Positions 30,218 through 42,228 of a stretch of 60,775 bases of DNA are shown here, piece after piece. The notes beneath the pieces were generated by a model. The model ran no database searches and was not told where the DNA came from. It worked only from the letters and a program-made list of their open reading frames with translations. This stretch comes from an uncultured Desulfovibrionaceae bacterium (GTDB lineage Bacteria; Bacillota; Dethiobacteria; DTU022; UBA8154), in NCBI GenBank assembly GCA_964567295.1, contig CAZMLU010000005.1, positions 1 through 60,775 on the forward strand, read 5' to 3'. The first letter of the stretch is position 1; each line of letters opens with the position of its first letter. Position numbers and translations under genes: made by a program.

Positions 30218-31213
30218 ATGGCGGTAATTTACTATGATAATGATGCAGATTTTTCGAATCTCAAGGGAGAAAAAATTGCCATCCTGGGATATGGTAGCCA
30301 GGGTCATGCTCATTCCCAGAATTTGACAGAAAGTGGACTTGAAGTAGTGGTCGCAGATCTTCCCGGTAGTAAAAGTTGGGCACAGGCAGAAAAAGATGGT
30401 TTGGAAGTGAAAACCGCAGCGGAAGCTGTTAAAGAGTCCCAGGTGGTTATGATGCTTATCGGCGATAACGACCAACCCACGGTATTTCAAAAAGAGGTGC
30501 TACCATACCTGACGGAAGGCAAAGCATTGGCCGTGGCACATGGGTTTAATATTCTTTATAATCAGGTTGTTCCACCGGAGAATGTTGATGTGTTTATGGT
30601 TGCTCCCAAGAGCCCCGGGCACTTGGTGCGACGCATGTACCAAGAAGGTAGGGGGGTTCCGGGATTGGTGGCCGTTCACCAGGATGCTACGGGGCGTTGC
30701 CTAAAGCGGGCCCTGGCTTATGCCCGGGGACTTGGCTGTACCAGGGCCGGGGTAATCGAGACCACCTTTCAGGAAGAGACCGAGACTGACCTTTTTGGTG
30801 AACAAGCTGTTCTCTGCGGAGGGGTTACTGCCCTTATCAAAGCTTCTTTCGATACCTTGGTAGAGGCCGGATATCAACCTGAAGTCGCCTACTTTGAATG
30901 CTTGCACGAGCTGAAACTGATCGTTGACCTCATTTATGAGGGTGGTTTATCCTGGATGCGGGATTCAGTGAGCGATGTAGCAGAATACGGTGATTTGACC
31001 CGTGGACCCAAAATTATAAACGAAAATGTTCAGGAAGAGTTACAGCAGATTCTTAAGGATATTCAGGAAGGGGTTTTTGCAAACGAATGTATTACCGAAT
31101 TTCGAATGAATCGCCCGCGCTATACTGCACTGAAAAGAAAGGAAGCTGGACACCTTATTGAAAAGGTGGGTGCTGAGCTGCGGGGTATGATGCCCTGGTT
31201 GCAGAACAAATAA
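30218..31213 (+). CDS. ilvC: Ketol-acid reductoisomerase
   Basis: [46 protein letters not shown]. Confidence 0.97.
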   Translation: MAVIYYDNDADFSNLKGEKIAILGYGSQGHAHSQNLTESGLEVVVADLPGSKSWAQAEKDGLEVKTAAEAVKESQVVMMLIGDNDQPTVFQKEVLPYLTEGKALAVAHGFNILYNQVVPPENVDVFMVAPKSPGHLVRRMYQEGRGVPGLVAVHQDATGRCLKRALAYARGLGCTRAGVIETTFQEETETDLFGEQAVLCGGVTALIKASFDTLVEAGYQPEVAYFECLHELKLIVDLIYEGGLSWMRDSVSDVAEYGDLTRGPKIINENVQEELQQILKDIQEGVFANECITEFRMNRPRYTALKRKEAGHLIEKVGAELRGMMPWLQNK

Positions 31214-31354
31214 ACCACATCATTTTTCCATAAAGACAAAAAAATGTGTAAATATCCATAATTTGGTCATCTCTAATAAAGGGTTTTTGAAAAGGCCGTC
31301 GAATACAGCACTATATAAGGGGTTCGCAAGTTTTTTTAAACACTACTGCAAAGG

Positions 31355-32056
31355 ATGGCTCTCTTATTCATGATAGAAATCTATCATCTATACAAGCAGT
31401 ATAGCAAAGATGTGTTAGCCTTAAAAGATCTTAACCTGGTGGTCGATCGGGGAGAGTTTATCTTTTTGGTAGGATCCAGTGGGGCCGGAAAGTCGACCCT
31501 TCTTAAGCTCTTGTTGCGGGAGATATCTCCGAGCCGCGGGAATATTAAGATCTTTGGGAAGGATATTACACGGCTGAAAAAGCGTGAAATACCTTTCTTC
31601 CGCAGAAACGTGGGCATGGTCTTCCAGGACTGTCGTCTCCTGGAAGACCGCAATATTTTTGAAAATGTAGCTTTTGCCTTGAGAGTTATCGGTGTTTCTC
31701 CCCGGGAAATTCGCAAAAGGGTTCCTTTTACCTTGGAGCTTGTGGGATTAAAAAACAAGGTTTTTAAAAAACCTAATGAACTTTCCGGAGGAGAGCAACA
31801 GAGAGTCGCCCTGGCCAGGGCTATTGTTAATCGCCCTTCCCTGGTTATTGCGGACGAGCCGACTGGCAACCTGGATCCCAATACTTCCATAAATATTATT
31901 AACCTTTTGCATGAGATTAATATCCGAGGCGCCACGGTACTGGTCGCTACCCATGCTAAAAATATCGTGGACTACTACCAAAAAAGGGTTGTGGTCCTGG
32001 AGGAAGGACGCTTGGTTAGCGACCAGGAAAGAGGGGTTTATTTTAATGTCGATTAG
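31355..32056 (+). CDS. ftsE: Cell division ABC ATPase FtsE
   Basis: GSSGAGKST, LSGGEQQR, ADEPTGNLD; followed by ftsX. Confidence 0.94.
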   Translation: MALLFMIEIYHLYKQYSKDVLALKDLNLVVDRGEFIFLVGSSGAGKSTLLKLLLREISPSRGNIKIFGKDITRLKKREIPFFRRNVGMVFQDCRLLEDRNIFENVAFALRVIGVSPREIRKRVPFTLELVGLKNKVFKKPNELSGGEQQRVALARAIVNRPSLVIADEPTGNLDPNTSINIINLLHEINIRGATVLVATHAKNIVDYYQKRVVVLEEGRLVSDQERGVYFNVD

Positions 32057-32939
32057 GAGCCTCTTTTATTTCTGGAAAGAGGCGTTAAAAAGTATTTTTC
32101 ACCATGGATGGATGAGTATAGCATCAGTTGCAGTGGTAATTATTACGCTTCTCATCCTGGGAAGCTTCATGGTTGTAAATTATAATGTTGCACTTTTGAC
32201 GGAAGATATTAAAGAACAGGTGCAGATTGTCCTTTACATAGATGAGGATGCCGGCGAAGAAGAAGTGGATGAACTGCAGACGCTTTTAGTTTCTCACCCG
32301 CAGATGGAAGAGGTACGATTTGTTTCCAAGGAAGAAGCAATGGATCGTTTGAAAAATCAACTTGGGGAGAGGGCTTTTCTCCTGGACGGCTATGAGGAGG
32401 AAGATAAAAATCCGCTGCGCGATTCTTACGAACTGCGCACCAAAGTACCCGAGGAAGTTTCCATTATAGCGGATGAAATTGAAGATTATCCTGCTGTTGG
32501 TTATCTGGATTATGGAAGCGGTGTAGTGGAACCTCTTTTTCAGTTCACGGGGATTGTGCGATGGGTAGGACTGGCCTTCATGGGTGGTTTGGCTTTAACT
32601 GCTGTATTTCTAATTGCCCATACCATACGCTTAACTGTTTTTATCAGGCGTAAAGAGATCATGATCATGAAATATGTAGGGGCGACGGACTGGTTTATAC
32701 GCTGGCCTTTTATCTTTGAAGGCCTGCTTCTGGGGCTAATTGGAGCACTTATTCCGGTAATTATTATTTATTATGCTTATGAGATTGCCTTCTTGTGGAT
32801 GGAGGCCAACGTTTATTTTGTAAATCTTATTCCTACCGAAGTGATCATGAAAGAAATTATTCAGGTTCTTCTCCCTCTCGGGGTGATGTTAGGAGTTGTG
32901 GGAAGCAGTATCTCGGTGCGGCGTTTTCTGAAAGTATAA
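32046..32939 (+). CDS. ftsX: Cell division permease FtsX
   Basis: FVSKEEA, RRKEIMIMKYVGATDWFIRWPF. Start ATG 32046 after GAGGGGT. Confidence 0.94.
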   Translation: MSIRSLFYFWKEALKSIFHHGWMSIASVAVVIITLLILGSFMVVNYNVALLTEDIKEQVQIVLYIDEDAGEEEVDELQTLLVSHPQMEEVRFVSKEEAMDRLKNQLGERAFLLDGYEEEDKNPLRDSYELRTKVPEEVSIIADEIEDYPAVGYLDYGSGVVEPLFQFTGIVRWVGLAFMGGLALTAVFLIAHTIRLTVFIRRKEIMIMKYVGATDWFIRWPFIFEGLLLGLIGALIPVIIIYYAYEIAFLWMEANVYFVNLIPTEVIMKEIIQVLLPLGVMLGVVGSSISVRRFLKV

Positions 32940-33051
32940 AACGGGAAGATTGGCAAATCTGTTTCAATGCGTAAGACGCGCTTTCCGGAAGTTATAATAA
33001 TCACTTATGTTTGCGGACGTTGGATATAGCAGTAGTTGGGAGGTATGAAAT

Positions 33052-34293
33052 TTGTCTTTCCTAAAACCCCGCCGGTTTTTATGTTTTTTTCTTCTTCTGG
33101 TTCTGGGTTCCATGGCAATTTTGCCAGGTGATGCCTTCTCTCTGGAAGGAGAGATCGATAGCACAGAAGAAGATCTTTCACGCATTGAGGAACAAATAGA
33201 GTCTCAAGAAGAACAGCTCTCTGAGTATGAAAGTGAAGAGGAGCGGCTAATCGGCGAATTGAGAAGTTTGGAGGATAGCCTTAGCGAATTGCGGGGGGAG
33301 CTTGAGCAGCTAGAAAAAGAAATTAAAGATACAGAAGAGCAAATAACCTTTACGGAGGAGCAATTGGCGGAAGCTGAGGCCGAAATTGCTCACAGGGACG
33401 AACTTCTTTCGCGAAGGTTGAGGGCTATCTACGAACAAGGGGATAATGGAAATGGCTACCTGGAGGTGGTTTTTAACGCTTCCAGCTTTGCCGAATTTAT
33501 AACCCGCCTTAACGATCTGCAGATTATAGCTGAAAACGACCTGGAGATACTTGAAGAAGCTTTTATCGCCAGAAATGAAGTGCAAGAGAAAAAAGAAGAA
33601 CTGGAAACACAAAAGGAAAGCCTCCTTGCACTGCGTGTGGAGAGGATGGAACGTCGCGAAGAGCTAAGTATTCAGTTATCCAGGCAGGAGCAGCTCCGGG
33701 AAGAGGTTCGAAAATCCATCGAAGCTCAAGAACAGGCTATAGAAGAACTGGAACAGGAAGCTGAAAAGGTAGGAGAAGAGATCAAGCGCTTGCAGGAGGA
33801 GATGCAGCGTCAGACTGAACACCTGGTTCCTTCGGGTGATCTTCTGTGGCCTTTGGCCGAATACGGAACCTCCTCTATAACTTCAGGTTTTGGGCCGCGC
33901 ACCCATCCTATAACAGGGCGGGCTGGAGTTTTTCATGGAGGTGTAGATATTGGTATACCCCGTACTCGCTGGCCTGGTTCTCCTTCTTATAATGGTAATC
34001 CAGTACATATTAGAGCGGCAGAACATGGAGTGGTTATCTTTGCCGGTATCAGTGGTAGCCTCAGTCACGGGTATGGCAGAATGGTTATTGTGGATCACGG
34101 GCAGACCGAGGACGGGCAGGGAATGGTTACAGTATATGCTCATTGTCACAACATCCTTGTTAGTGAAAAGCAAGAGGTTGCCCGAGGAAAACCGCTTGCT
34201 ATTGTGGGTTCTACCGGCTCTAGCACAGGTCCACATTTGCATTTTGAAGTCCGGATAGATGGGACTAGAGAGAATCCCATGAATTTCTTTTGA
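33052..34293 (+). CDS. Coiled-coil M23 peptidase (EnvC/PcsB-like murein hydrolase or activator)
   Basis: Signal/TM segment, long acidic coiled coil, HGGVDI and STGPHLHFEVR. Confidence 0.88.
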   Translation: MSFLKPRRFLCFFLLLVLGSMAILPGDAFSLEGEIDSTEEDLSRIEEQIESQEEQLSEYESEEERLIGELRSLEDSLSELRGELEQLEKEIKDTEEQITFTEEQLAEAEAEIAHRDELLSRRLRAIYEQGDNGNGYLEVVFNASSFAEFITRLNDLQIIAENDLEILEEAFIARNEVQEKKEELETQKESLLALRVERMERREELSIQLSRQEQLREEVRKSIEAQEQAIEELEQEAEKVGEEIKRLQEEMQRQTEHLVPSGDLLWPLAEYGTSSITSGFGPRTHPITGRAGVFHGGVDIGIPRTRWPGSPSYNGNPVHIRAAEHGVVIFAGISGSLSHGYGRMVIVDHGQTEDGQGMVTVYAHCHNILVSEKQEVARGKPLAIVGSTGSSTGPHLHFEVRIDGTRENPMNFF

Positions 34294-34376
34294 TGAAGGG
34301 GTGGTTTTTTAAATCTCCTAAAGTTATAATAAAAATAGATAATAATTCTTGAAGCATATAATTTGCTTCCAGAGAG

Positions 34377-35804
34377 ATGGTGTTATATATGAAGAAGCGG
34401 GAACTTATTATTGTTTTTTTATGTTTGCTTTTTTTGAGCAACGTAGCAACATATGTGGGTGCCCGTTTTTTATTTCTCCCTTCTTCCCCCCATGCTTTGG
34501 AGGAACCTGCCGAGATAGAAAGAGAAGTGCTTTTTCAGGAGATATGGAATATCCTTGAGGAACAGTATTTCAGGCCCCTTGATGAAGAAAAGATGATGCA
34601 AGGAGCCATTGATGGTATCCTGCGTTCACTGGATGATCCTTATACCGTTTATATGGACCCTGAGTCCCTTGAAGAAATGCTTATCCAAACCACAGGTTCC
34701 TTCAGTGGTATTGGGGTGGAGATAACGGAAGACGAGGATGCCATCCTGGTGTTGAGGGTTATAGACGATTCACCTGCCCAGGAAGCAGGTCTATTAAAGG
34801 GAGATCGTATTATTCAGGTAGAGGGCAGCAGTATGGAGGGAGTTGCCCTTGATGAAGCTGCAACAATGTTGAGAGGTGAAGCTGGCACTACTGTAAATGT
34901 GACCGTTCAGAGGACAGATGAAAATGATCTGCTGGAAGTGGATATAACCAGGGAAGATATTGAAATGGAGACGGTTTCCTCCCGCTGGATAGAAGAAGGG
35001 TTAGGCTATATCCAGATAACCAACTTTGATTCTGATACAGCTGATGATTTTAAGGAGGCTTTTAACTCCATGGAGCAAGAAGGTTTTGAAAAATTGATCC
35101 TCGATTTGCGTAACAACTCTGGAGGATTATTTGATAAAGCTATTGAAGTGGGAGAAATGATTGTTCCTGCCGGGGAGATCACCAGAGTGGTTGATCGAGA
35201 GGGAAACACGTTGGAAAGCCACTATTCAGAAGCGGAAACCGGTGATTATCCCATGGTGGTGTTGGTTAATGAATATTCTGCCAGCGCAGCGGAGATCATT
35301 GCGGGGGCTTTACAGGATCATGAACGGGCCGTACTGGTAGGGACTCCAACCTTTGGCAAGGCCAGCGTACAGTACCTACAAAATCTTAGCGATGGGGGTG
35401 CCCTACGCTATACAATTGCACTTTACCAAACACCTGGAGGTCAGGAACTTCATGAAAAAGGATTGGAACCTGACTTGGAAGTTGAACTTTCCGATGAGTA
35501 CTATCTGCAGTATCGTTCCATACCTACGGAGATGGAAGCTGGAGAGACCGGGGAGGGTGTTATCCTGGTGCAGGAGATGCTCAAGTTCTTGGGCTATTCC
35601 CTGGAAATTACCGGCGTTTTCGACCGGCAGACCACAACTTCCCTGGAAGAATTCCAGAATAACAGCGGGCTGGAACCCACCGGCTCTATGGATGCTTCTA
35701 CCAGAGAAAGGTTGCGTAATGCCCTTTCCGAAAAAGCGGAAGAGGAAGATGAGCAGTTGCAGGAGGCGGTAGAACTGATCGAAAATAAGGGAGCAATATA
35801 TTGA
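34377..35804 (+). CDS. C-terminal processing protease (S41, PDZ, C-terminal peptidoglycan-binding domain), CtpA/CtpB-like
   Basis: LDDPYT, GIGVEI, LDLRNNSGG, SASAAEI, TFGKA; C-terminal Q-x-x-x-GL-PTG. Confidence 0.9.
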   Translation: MVLYMKKRELIIVFLCLLFLSNVATYVGARFLFLPSSPHALEEPAEIEREVLFQEIWNILEEQYFRPLDEEKMMQGAIDGILRSLDDPYTVYMDPESLEEMLIQTTGSFSGIGVEITEDEDAILVLRVIDDSPAQEAGLLKGDRIIQVEGSSMEGVALDEAATMLRGEAGTTVNVTVQRTDENDLLEVDITREDIEMETVSSRWIEEGLGYIQITNFDSDTADDFKEAFNSMEQEGFEKLILDLRNNSGGLFDKAIEVGEMIVPAGEITRVVDREGNTLESHYSEAETGDYPMVVLVNEYSASAAEIIAGALQDHERAVLVGTPTFGKASVQYLQNLSDGGALRYTIALYQTPGGQELHEKGLEPDLEVELSDEYYLQYRSIPTEMEAGETGEGVILVQEMLKFLGYSLEITGVFDRQTTTSLEEFQNNSGLEPTGSMDASTRERLRNALSEKAEEEDEQLQEAVELIENKGAIY

Positions 35805-37090
35805 GTTTTTGGATAGATATTATTTCATTAATGTTGAAAACCACTCTTTTTACCTTTGTCAATCCTTTTTTCTGGTTGGTGCTTGTACTGGTCTTTTTTC
35901 AATACAGAAGGGTTGTCTCCATGGAAAAGAGCCTTTTCGGGCAACCCCTTAACAATATGTGGAGGCAGACCTTGTACTCCATGTTATTCGGAATTGCCGG
36001 AGGCATCTTCGGCAGTTTTTTTCTGTTGCTATTGGGCATTTCTTTAGAAAGTATAGGCATTGCTTACCTGTGGCCTGTTGCAATTACGCTGCTTCTTTTA
36101 AATCCCCGCTACCTTTGTTTTGCTTACGCAGGGGGAATAGTTGCTGTAGCAGCTCTTGTTTTGAAAGCGCTCTTACCAGTAGCTCCGTTTTTAAGGGATA
36201 TTGGAATAGTATCGGGGTTACTGGATATTCATCTTCCCAGCTTGCTGACTCTTGTAGGTATCTTACATCTGACCGAAGCTTTCCTTATCTATATGAGTGG
36301 CCACACCGGAGCCAGCCCGGTGTATTTAAAAGCTCCCGGTGGAGAGATCGTAGGGGGCTACACCATGCAGCGATTCTGGCCGCTGCCGCTTATGGGCTTA
36401 TGGGCACTGGTGGTAGCTGAAACGACGGATATGTTTGTTGGAGGGGTTTCCATGCCTGATTGGTGGCCTTTACTGGGAACAGTCATGAATGTTGGCCTGG
36501 ACGAAAAGGTGATCTACCTGATGGTGCCAGTGGTAGCAGGCTTGGGTTATAGCGATATTGCCCTTTCTACCCCCCCTCACATTAAGAGAATTAAAACAGC
36601 CAAAAACCTGGCTTTTTACAGTTTACTCCTCTCCGGAGTGGCTATCAGCGCTGCTTATGTTCCAGCTATGATCCTGCCGGCCGCACTTCTTTCTCCCCTG
36701 GGACATGAGTATCTCATTAAAAAAGGCAATGAGAATGAATTTTCCGGTCCCCCTCTTTATAGATCGGATGGTAATAATGGCCTGCAAATTATGGCTGTTA
36801 TCCCCGGTTCTCCTGCTTATAAGGCCGGCTTGCATGAGGGTGACCGCCTGATAGGAGCTAATGAAAATATCATCAATTCGGAATATGAATTTTTTGATGT
36901 TCTACGTATCAGCTATCAAAAGGTAAATTTGAAAATTGAAAGAGAAGGGCAGATCATGCATTTGCCGGTGCAGATCTATCCTTGGCCGGTAAATCAAATT
37001 GGCCTCATTTTTGCTCCCGGAAAAGGTACAACAGTTTATTTAGAGATGAAACAAGGTTCCCTGTTAGACCGTTTATTCCGTCGAAAGTAG
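35801..37090 (+). CDS. minJ: PDZ-domain membrane protein, MinJ-like
   Basis: Multi-TM N-terminus, C-terminal PDZ (VIPGSPAYKAGL); position after ctp as in Bacillus. Confidence 0.75.
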   Translation: MSFWIDIISLMLKTTLFTFVNPFFWLVLVLVFFQYRRVVSMEKSLFGQPLNNMWRQTLYSMLFGIAGGIFGSFFLLLLGISLESIGIAYLWPVAITLLLLNPRYLCFAYAGGIVAVAALVLKALLPVAPFLRDIGIVSGLLDIHLPSLLTLVGILHLTEAFLIYMSGHTGASPVYLKAPGGEIVGGYTMQRFWPLPLMGLWALVVAETTDMFVGGVSMPDWWPLLGTVMNVGLDEKVIYLMVPVVAGLGYSDIALSTPPHIKRIKTAKNLAFYSLLLSGVAISAAYVPAMILPAALLSPLGHEYLIKKGNENEFSGPPLYRSDGNNGLQIMAVIPGSPAYKAGLHEGDRLIGANENIINSEYEFFDVLRISYQKVNLKIEREGQIMHLPVQIYPWPVNQIGLIFAPGKGTTVYLEMKQGSLLDRLFRRK

Positions 37091-37196
37091 AAAAAATATA
37101 ACGCACAGGGAGATCTTTTATCTGCCTAAAAAATACAGGAGAGCAGGAGTCGCCAAAATTCAAGGCTGGGCTGTTCAAGTTAACTATTTATTTTTT

Positions 37197-37226
37197 AACA
37201 GGGGCTATCATCTGGCTCCTGTTTTG
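37197..37226 (+). terminator. Candidate terminator after minJ
   Basis: AACAGGGGC-loop-GCTCCTGTT followed by TTGT. Confidence 0.4.
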
Positions 37227-37357
37227 TCCATTTATACCCTTTGTTAGAAAAGAAGTTTAATGATATAATAATAAGATAATCATCTATGAGGGGGAAAAGA
37301 AAAGATAGCGCGGAATCCTTTTTCAACAGGAGATCGGCTGGATCTTTTCAAGATATT

Positions 37358-39352
37358 ATGGTTGATTTTAAGCTGGTTTCAGAGTATGCACCCCAGGGCG
37401 ATCAGCCCTCTGCTATCAAGGAAATCGTGGAGAACTTATATCAGGGAGATAGAAACCAGGTGCTTTTGGGGGTTACAGGCTCCGGGAAGACTTTTACTAT
37501 GGCCAATATCATCGAGAAACTGGGAAAACCGGCCCTGGTTATCGCTCCCAACAAAACGCTGGCGGCACAGCTCTGTAGCGAATTCAAAGAATATTTTCCA
37601 CATAATGCCGTGGAATATTTTATCAGTTATTATGATTACTACCAGCCCGAAGCCTACCTTCCCCAGGGAGATATCTATATCGAAAAAGATTCCTCTATCA
37701 ACCAGGAGATTGATAAACTTAGGCACTCTGCAACTAGTTCTCTTTTTGAGCGCAGTGATGTAATTATTGTAGCCAGCGTCTCTTGTATTTACGGCCTGGG
37801 TTCTCCGTTGGAATACGGTGAATTGGTCTTATCCTTAAGGGTAGGGGCTAACAAAAGCAGGGATGAGATCTTGCGTAAGCTGGTAGCTATCCAGTACCAA
37901 AGAAACGATCTGGACTTTCAAAGAGGAACGTTTCGTGTCCGCGGTGACGTGCTGGAGATCTATCCCGCTTCTTATACTGATGCCGCTATAAGGGTAGAGT
38001 TGTTTGGAGACGAGATCGAACGTATTCGGGAGATAGATGTGCTCACGGGCCGTATTTTAGCAGATCGCAAGCACGTTGCCATTTTCCCCGCTTCCCACTA
38101 TGTTACGGGACAGGAACGTCTGGGCGAGGCAATAAAGGATATTGAAGAGGAGTTGGCTCAGCGTCTCCGGGAGCTTCGGCGTCAGGATAAACTGGTAGAG
38201 GCTCAACGCCTGGAACAGCGCACTAATCAAGATCTGGAGATGATGCTGGAGATGGGATTCTGTAGTGGAATCGAAAATTACTCACGTCACCTGGACAGGC
38301 GTTTTCCGGGCAGCAGGCCCTATACGTTGTTGGATTATTTTCCCCGTGACTTTTTAATTTTTATCGACGAATCTCATGTTACTATTCCACAGATCCGTGG
38401 TATGTACGGGGGAGATATGTCTCGTAAAAAGACATTGGTTGAGTATGGTTTTCGCCTTCCTTCTGCATTGGATAATCGGCCGCTGCAGTTTGATGAGTTT
38501 ATGGAATTGGTTAACCAGGCAGTCTATGTCTCGGCGACCCCGAGCGACTATGAACAGCAATTGAGTTCGTGTATAGTAGAACAGATTATTCGTCCTACAG
38601 GGTTGGTAGATCCAGAAGTATTGGTTCATCCAGTAGAAGGGCAGGTTGACGACCTCTACGGTGAGATTAACAAGAGAACCGCAAGGAAGGAACGGGTCCT
38701 GGTTACCACGCTTACCAAACGTATGGCTGAAGATCTAACAGATTACTATCGCGAAATGGGAGTCAAAGTACGCTATATGCACTCTGATATAGACGCCCTG
38801 GAGAGAGTAGAGATTATTCGTGGACTTCGTCTGGGCGAATTTGATGTCTTGGTGGGTATAAACCTGCTGCGGGAAGGATTGGATCTGCCGGAGGTTTCCC
38901 TGGTGGCTATCCTGGACGCTGACAAAGAAGGTTTTTTACGTTCAGGACGTTCCCTGATCCAGACTATCGGACGAGCCTCCCGCAACATTAACGGCCAGGT
39001 AATTCTTTATGCTCAGGAGATTACTCCATCTATGAAATTTGCCATTGACGAGACAGAAAGGCGCCGCCAGAGACAGCTGCTTTTTAATCAGGAACACAAC
39101 ATTACGCCTGTCACTATCCGTAAAGCTGTTCGGGATCCCATCGAAGCTACGGTGGTGAGGGAGGATTCCACTTTCAATTATTCCGCTGAAAGGATAAGGG
39201 CCTTAAGTAAAAAAGAGCGTGAGAAGCTGTTACAACAGCTGGAAAAAGAAATGAAGGCTGCTTCTCGAGATCTGCAGTTTGAGCGAGCAGCGGAATTGCG
39301 GGATATTGTTTTTGAGATACGCGGCCAAGACAAGAAGTGGGCAAAAGCTTGA
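37358..39352 (+). CDS. uvrB: Excinuclease ABC subunit B
   Basis: [31 protein letters not shown]. Start probably ATG 37358. Confidence 0.98.
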   Translation: MVDFKLVSEYAPQGDQPSAIKEIVENLYQGDRNQVLLGVTGSGKTFTMANIIEKLGKPALVIAPNKTLAAQLCSEFKEYFPHNAVEYFISYYDYYQPEAYLPQGDIYIEKDSSINQEIDKLRHSATSSLFERSDVIIVASVSCIYGLGSPLEYGELVLSLRVGANKSRDEILRKLVAIQYQRNDLDFQRGTFRVRGDVLEIYPASYTDAAIRVELFGDEIERIREIDVLTGRILADRKHVAIFPASHYVTGQERLGEAIKDIEEELAQRLRELRRQDKLVEAQRLEQRTNQDLEMMLEMGFCSGIENYSRHLDRRFPGSRPYTLLDYFPRDFLIFIDESHVTIPQIRGMYGGDMSRKKTLVEYGFRLPSALDNRPLQFDEFMELVNQAVYVSATPSDYEQQLSSCIVEQIIRPTGLVDPEVLVHPVEGQVDDLYGEINKRTARKERVLVTTLTKRMAEDLTDYYREMGVKVRYMHSDIDALERVEIIRGLRLGEFDVLVGINLLREGLDLPEVSLVAILDADKEGFLRSGRSLIQTIGRASRNINGQVILYAQEITPSMKFAIDETERRRQRQLLFNQEHNITPVTIRKAVRDPIEATVVREDSTFNYSAERIRALSKKEREKLLQQLEKEMKAASRDLQFERAAELRDIVFEIRGQDKKWAKA

Positions 39353-39399
39353 TCAGAAAAGATAAACCGTTTTAGCTATATAAGTAGAGAGGAAATGTT

Positions 39400-42225
39400 A
39401 TGGAGAATATTGTTATCAAAGGTGCAAGGGAGCACAATCTTAAAAATATAGACCTTGATATCCCCCGCAATAAACTGGTAGTTTTTACGGGACTCAGTGG
39501 ATCCGGCAAATCATCTCTCGCTTTTGATACAATTTATGCCGAAGGGCAGAGGCGTTATGTGGAATCTCTTTCTGCGTACGCACGGCAGTTTTTAGGGCAG
39601 ATGGATAAACCGGATGTCGATTTTCTCGAAGGTCTTTCCCCTGCGGTTTCTATTGATCAGAAGGGCGCCTCCCGAAATCCCCGTTCTACCGTAGGTACGG
39701 CAACGGAGATTTATGATTACTTGCGCTTACTTTATGCCCGGGTTGGACGCCCTCACTGTCCTCACTGCAGTAAGCCCATCTCAGGCCAAACTGTTCAGCA
39801 GATGGTCGATACTCTCCTTCTACAACCAGAGGGAACTCGTTTTATGGTTATGGCACCTGTTGTTAGAGGGCGCAAGGGGGAATACACGTCCTTATTTGAA
39901 GAATTGCGCAAGAAAGGATATGTGAGAGCTCGGGTAAATGGTGAGATTATGGAGATTGACCAGGGCTTAAGTCTGGAAAAAAACAAGAAACATTCCATAG
40001 AAGTGGTTGTCGATCGGCTGGTTAAGAAGGAAAAAATTGAGACCCGTTTGGCCGATTCCCTGGAGACTGCCCTGGATTTAGGTGATGGGCTGGCCTTAGT
40101 GTATTTAATGGAAGGAGAAGAGCTGCTTTTTAGTAGTGTGTTTGCCTGTATTGAATGCGGTTTTAGTTTTGAAGAGCTCTCTCCTCGCATGTTTTCCTTT
40201 AACAGCCCTTACGGTGCTTGTCCTCAATGCAGTGGGCTTGGTTTAACCATGGAATTTGATCCGGAGCTGGTTGTTCCTAACCCAGATCTTTCCATTGCCG
40301 AGGGAGCCATTCATCCCTGGGGTGCCAATACCAACGGCTATTATAGGCAGTTTTTAGATTCCTTTGCTGCACACCGCGGTTTGGATTTGAAAAAACCTTT
40401 CGCTTCATATACTGTCGAAGAAAAAGAACTCATTTTTTACGGCTCGGCAGAGGCGATTTCCTTTCGTTATGTCAGTCCTTACCGCAAGAGAACCCGGCAG
40501 TACAAAAAGGCTTTTCCCGGGGTGTTGAGTTTACTGGAGAAGCGCTACCAGGAATCGGAAAGCGAGGATAGCAGAGCGGCTCTCTCCCGCTATATGAGCA
40601 GCAAGCCCTGCGACGCTTGTCACGGAGCAAGGCTCAAGGAAGCCAGTCTGGCGGTGACTGTAGGAGATATAAATATCGACCGCTTTACTCGTTTTACGGT
40701 AGAGCAAGCCTTGCATTTTTTAGAAGAGCTGCAGCTTTCTGAAAAGGAAGCTCTTATCGCCAGGCAAGTTTTGAAAGAACTCAATACCAGGTTAGGCTTC
40801 CTGCAGGATGTGGGCTTGGGCTACCTGACCCTTAACAGGGGAGCGGTTACCCTCTCTGGGGGCGAGGCACAACGTATCCGCCTGGCTACCCAGATCGGCT
40901 CGGGTCTTACAGGAGTGATCTATATTCTGGATGAGCCCAGTATTGGTTTGCACCAGAGAGATAACTCGCGCCTCCTGGGAACGCTTTTCAAGCTTAGGGA
41001 TCTAAGCAATACGGTCATCGTGGTGGAACACGATGAGGAGACGATCCGCAGCGCTGACCACGTGGTGGATATGGGCCCGGGCGCTGGTGAAGCTGGCGGT
41101 TACATTGTAGCAAGCGGTCCCCCGGAAATGATTGCGGCTGCTCCTTCTTCTATAACGGGAGATTATCTTTCCGGGAGGAGAGTCATTCCCCTTCCCTCCC
41201 GGAGACGAGAGCCGGGGGAACGCTGGATAGAGGTAGAAGGAGCAAGGGCCAATAATTTAAAAAACATTGCCGCCGGGTTTCCAATAGGTCTATTTACTTG
41301 TGTTACAGGAGTTTCCGGTTCGGGTAAGAGCACCCTGGTTAACGAGATCTTGTCTAAAGCCCTGGCCCATAAACTGCACCGTTCCCGGGGGCGCCCAAGT
41401 GAATATGCAACCTTGAGGGGAACGGAATACCTGGATAAGGTAGTGGAGATAGACCAGTCACCTATCGGGAGAACGCCCCGCTCAAACCCAGCCACCTATA
41501 CAGGTCTCTTTGACGGGATCAGAGAGCTTTTTTCAGAAACACCGGAGGCCAAGATGCGCGGCTACCGCCCGGGCCGTTTCAGTTTTAATGTGAAAGGCGG
41601 ACGTTGTGAAGCGTGCCGCGGGGACGGAATTTTACGTATTGAAATGCATTTTCTCCCTGATGTATATGTTCCCTGTGAAGTTTGCAAGGGGAAACGTTAC
41701 AACAGGGAGACCCTGGAGGTAACTTTCAAGGGTAAGAATATTAGCCAGGTTCTGCAGATGAGCGTAAAGGAGGCTCTGGAGCTGTTCGCTTCTTTTCCCA
41801 GGGTTGCCAGGCGTCTGCAGACCCTTTTTGATGTGGGTCTGGGTTATATCCGGCTGGGCCAGCCGGCCACAACTCTCTCCGGCGGAGAAGCCCAGAGGGT
41901 TAAGCTGGCTACAGAGCTCTCCAGGCGTAGTAACGGCAAGACTTTTTATATACTGGATGAACCCACTACAGGGCTGCACATAGATGATATAAAGAAACTT
42001 CTGGCCATCCTGGACCGCCTGGTAGAGAACGGCGATACAGTAGTGGTTATTGAGCATAACCTTGACGTCATTAAAAGGGCTGACTACCTTATCGACCTGG
42101 GACCGGAAGGTGGAGAAGGGGGTGGAGAGGTGGTTGCCTGTGGCACCCCTGAAGAAGTTGCCAGGGTAAAAGCTTCTTATACAGGTGAATACCTGGAAAA
42201 AGTTTTGGGCGGAGTGATTATTTAG
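39400..42225 (+). CDS. uvrA: Excinuclease ABC subunit A
   Basis: Two ABC modules ([24 protein letters not shown] twice) and Zn fingers. Confidence 0.98.
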   Translation: MENIVIKGAREHNLKNIDLDIPRNKLVVFTGLSGSGKSSLAFDTIYAEGQRRYVESLSAYARQFLGQMDKPDVDFLEGLSPAVSIDQKGASRNPRSTVGTATEIYDYLRLLYARVGRPHCPHCSKPISGQTVQQMVDTLLLQPEGTRFMVMAPVVRGRKGEYTSLFEELRKKGYVRARVNGEIMEIDQGLSLEKNKKHSIEVVVDRLVKKEKIETRLADSLETALDLGDGLALVYLMEGEELLFSSVFACIECGFSFEELSPRMFSFNSPYGACPQCSGLGLTMEFDPELVVPNPDLSIAEGAIHPWGANTNGYYRQFLDSFAAHRGLDLKKPFASYTVEEKELIFYGSAEAISFRYVSPYRKRTRQYKKAFPGVLSLLEKRYQESESEDSRAALSRYMSSKPCDACHGARLKEASLAVTVGDINIDRFTRFTVEQALHFLEELQLSEKEALIARQVLKELNTRLGFLQDVGLGYLTLNRGAVTLSGGEAQRIRLATQIGSGLTGVIYILDEPSIGLHQRDNSRLLGTLFKLRDLSNTVIVVEHDEETIRSADHVVDMGPGAGEAGGYIVASGPPEMIAAAPSSITGDYLSGRRVIPLPSRRREPGERWIEVEGARANNLKNIAAGFPIGLFTCVTGVSGSGKSTLVNEILSKALAHKLHRSRGRPSEYATLRGTEYLDKVVEIDQSPIGRTPRSNPATYTGLFDGIRELFSETPEAKMRGYRPGRFSFNVKGGRCEACRGDGILRIEMHFLPDVYVPCEVCKGKRYNRETLEVTFKGKNISQVLQMSVKEALELFASFPRVARRLQTLFDVGLGYIRLGQPATTLSGGEAQRVKLATELSRRSNGKTFYILDEPTTGLHIDDIKKLLAILDRLVENGDTVVVIEHNLDVIKRADYLIDLGPEGGEGGGEVVACGTPEEVARVKASYTGEYLEKVLGGVII

Positions 42226-42228
42226 GGC

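Noticed and set aside
33160-33810. Repetitive GAA/GAG-rich tract
   Set aside because: Explained by the Glu-rich coiled coil of the M23 protein; not a DNA repeat or array.
37090-37357. LexA (Cheo) box upstream of uvrB
   Set aside because: No GAAC-N4-GTTC match seen by eye; a degenerate site cannot be excluded.
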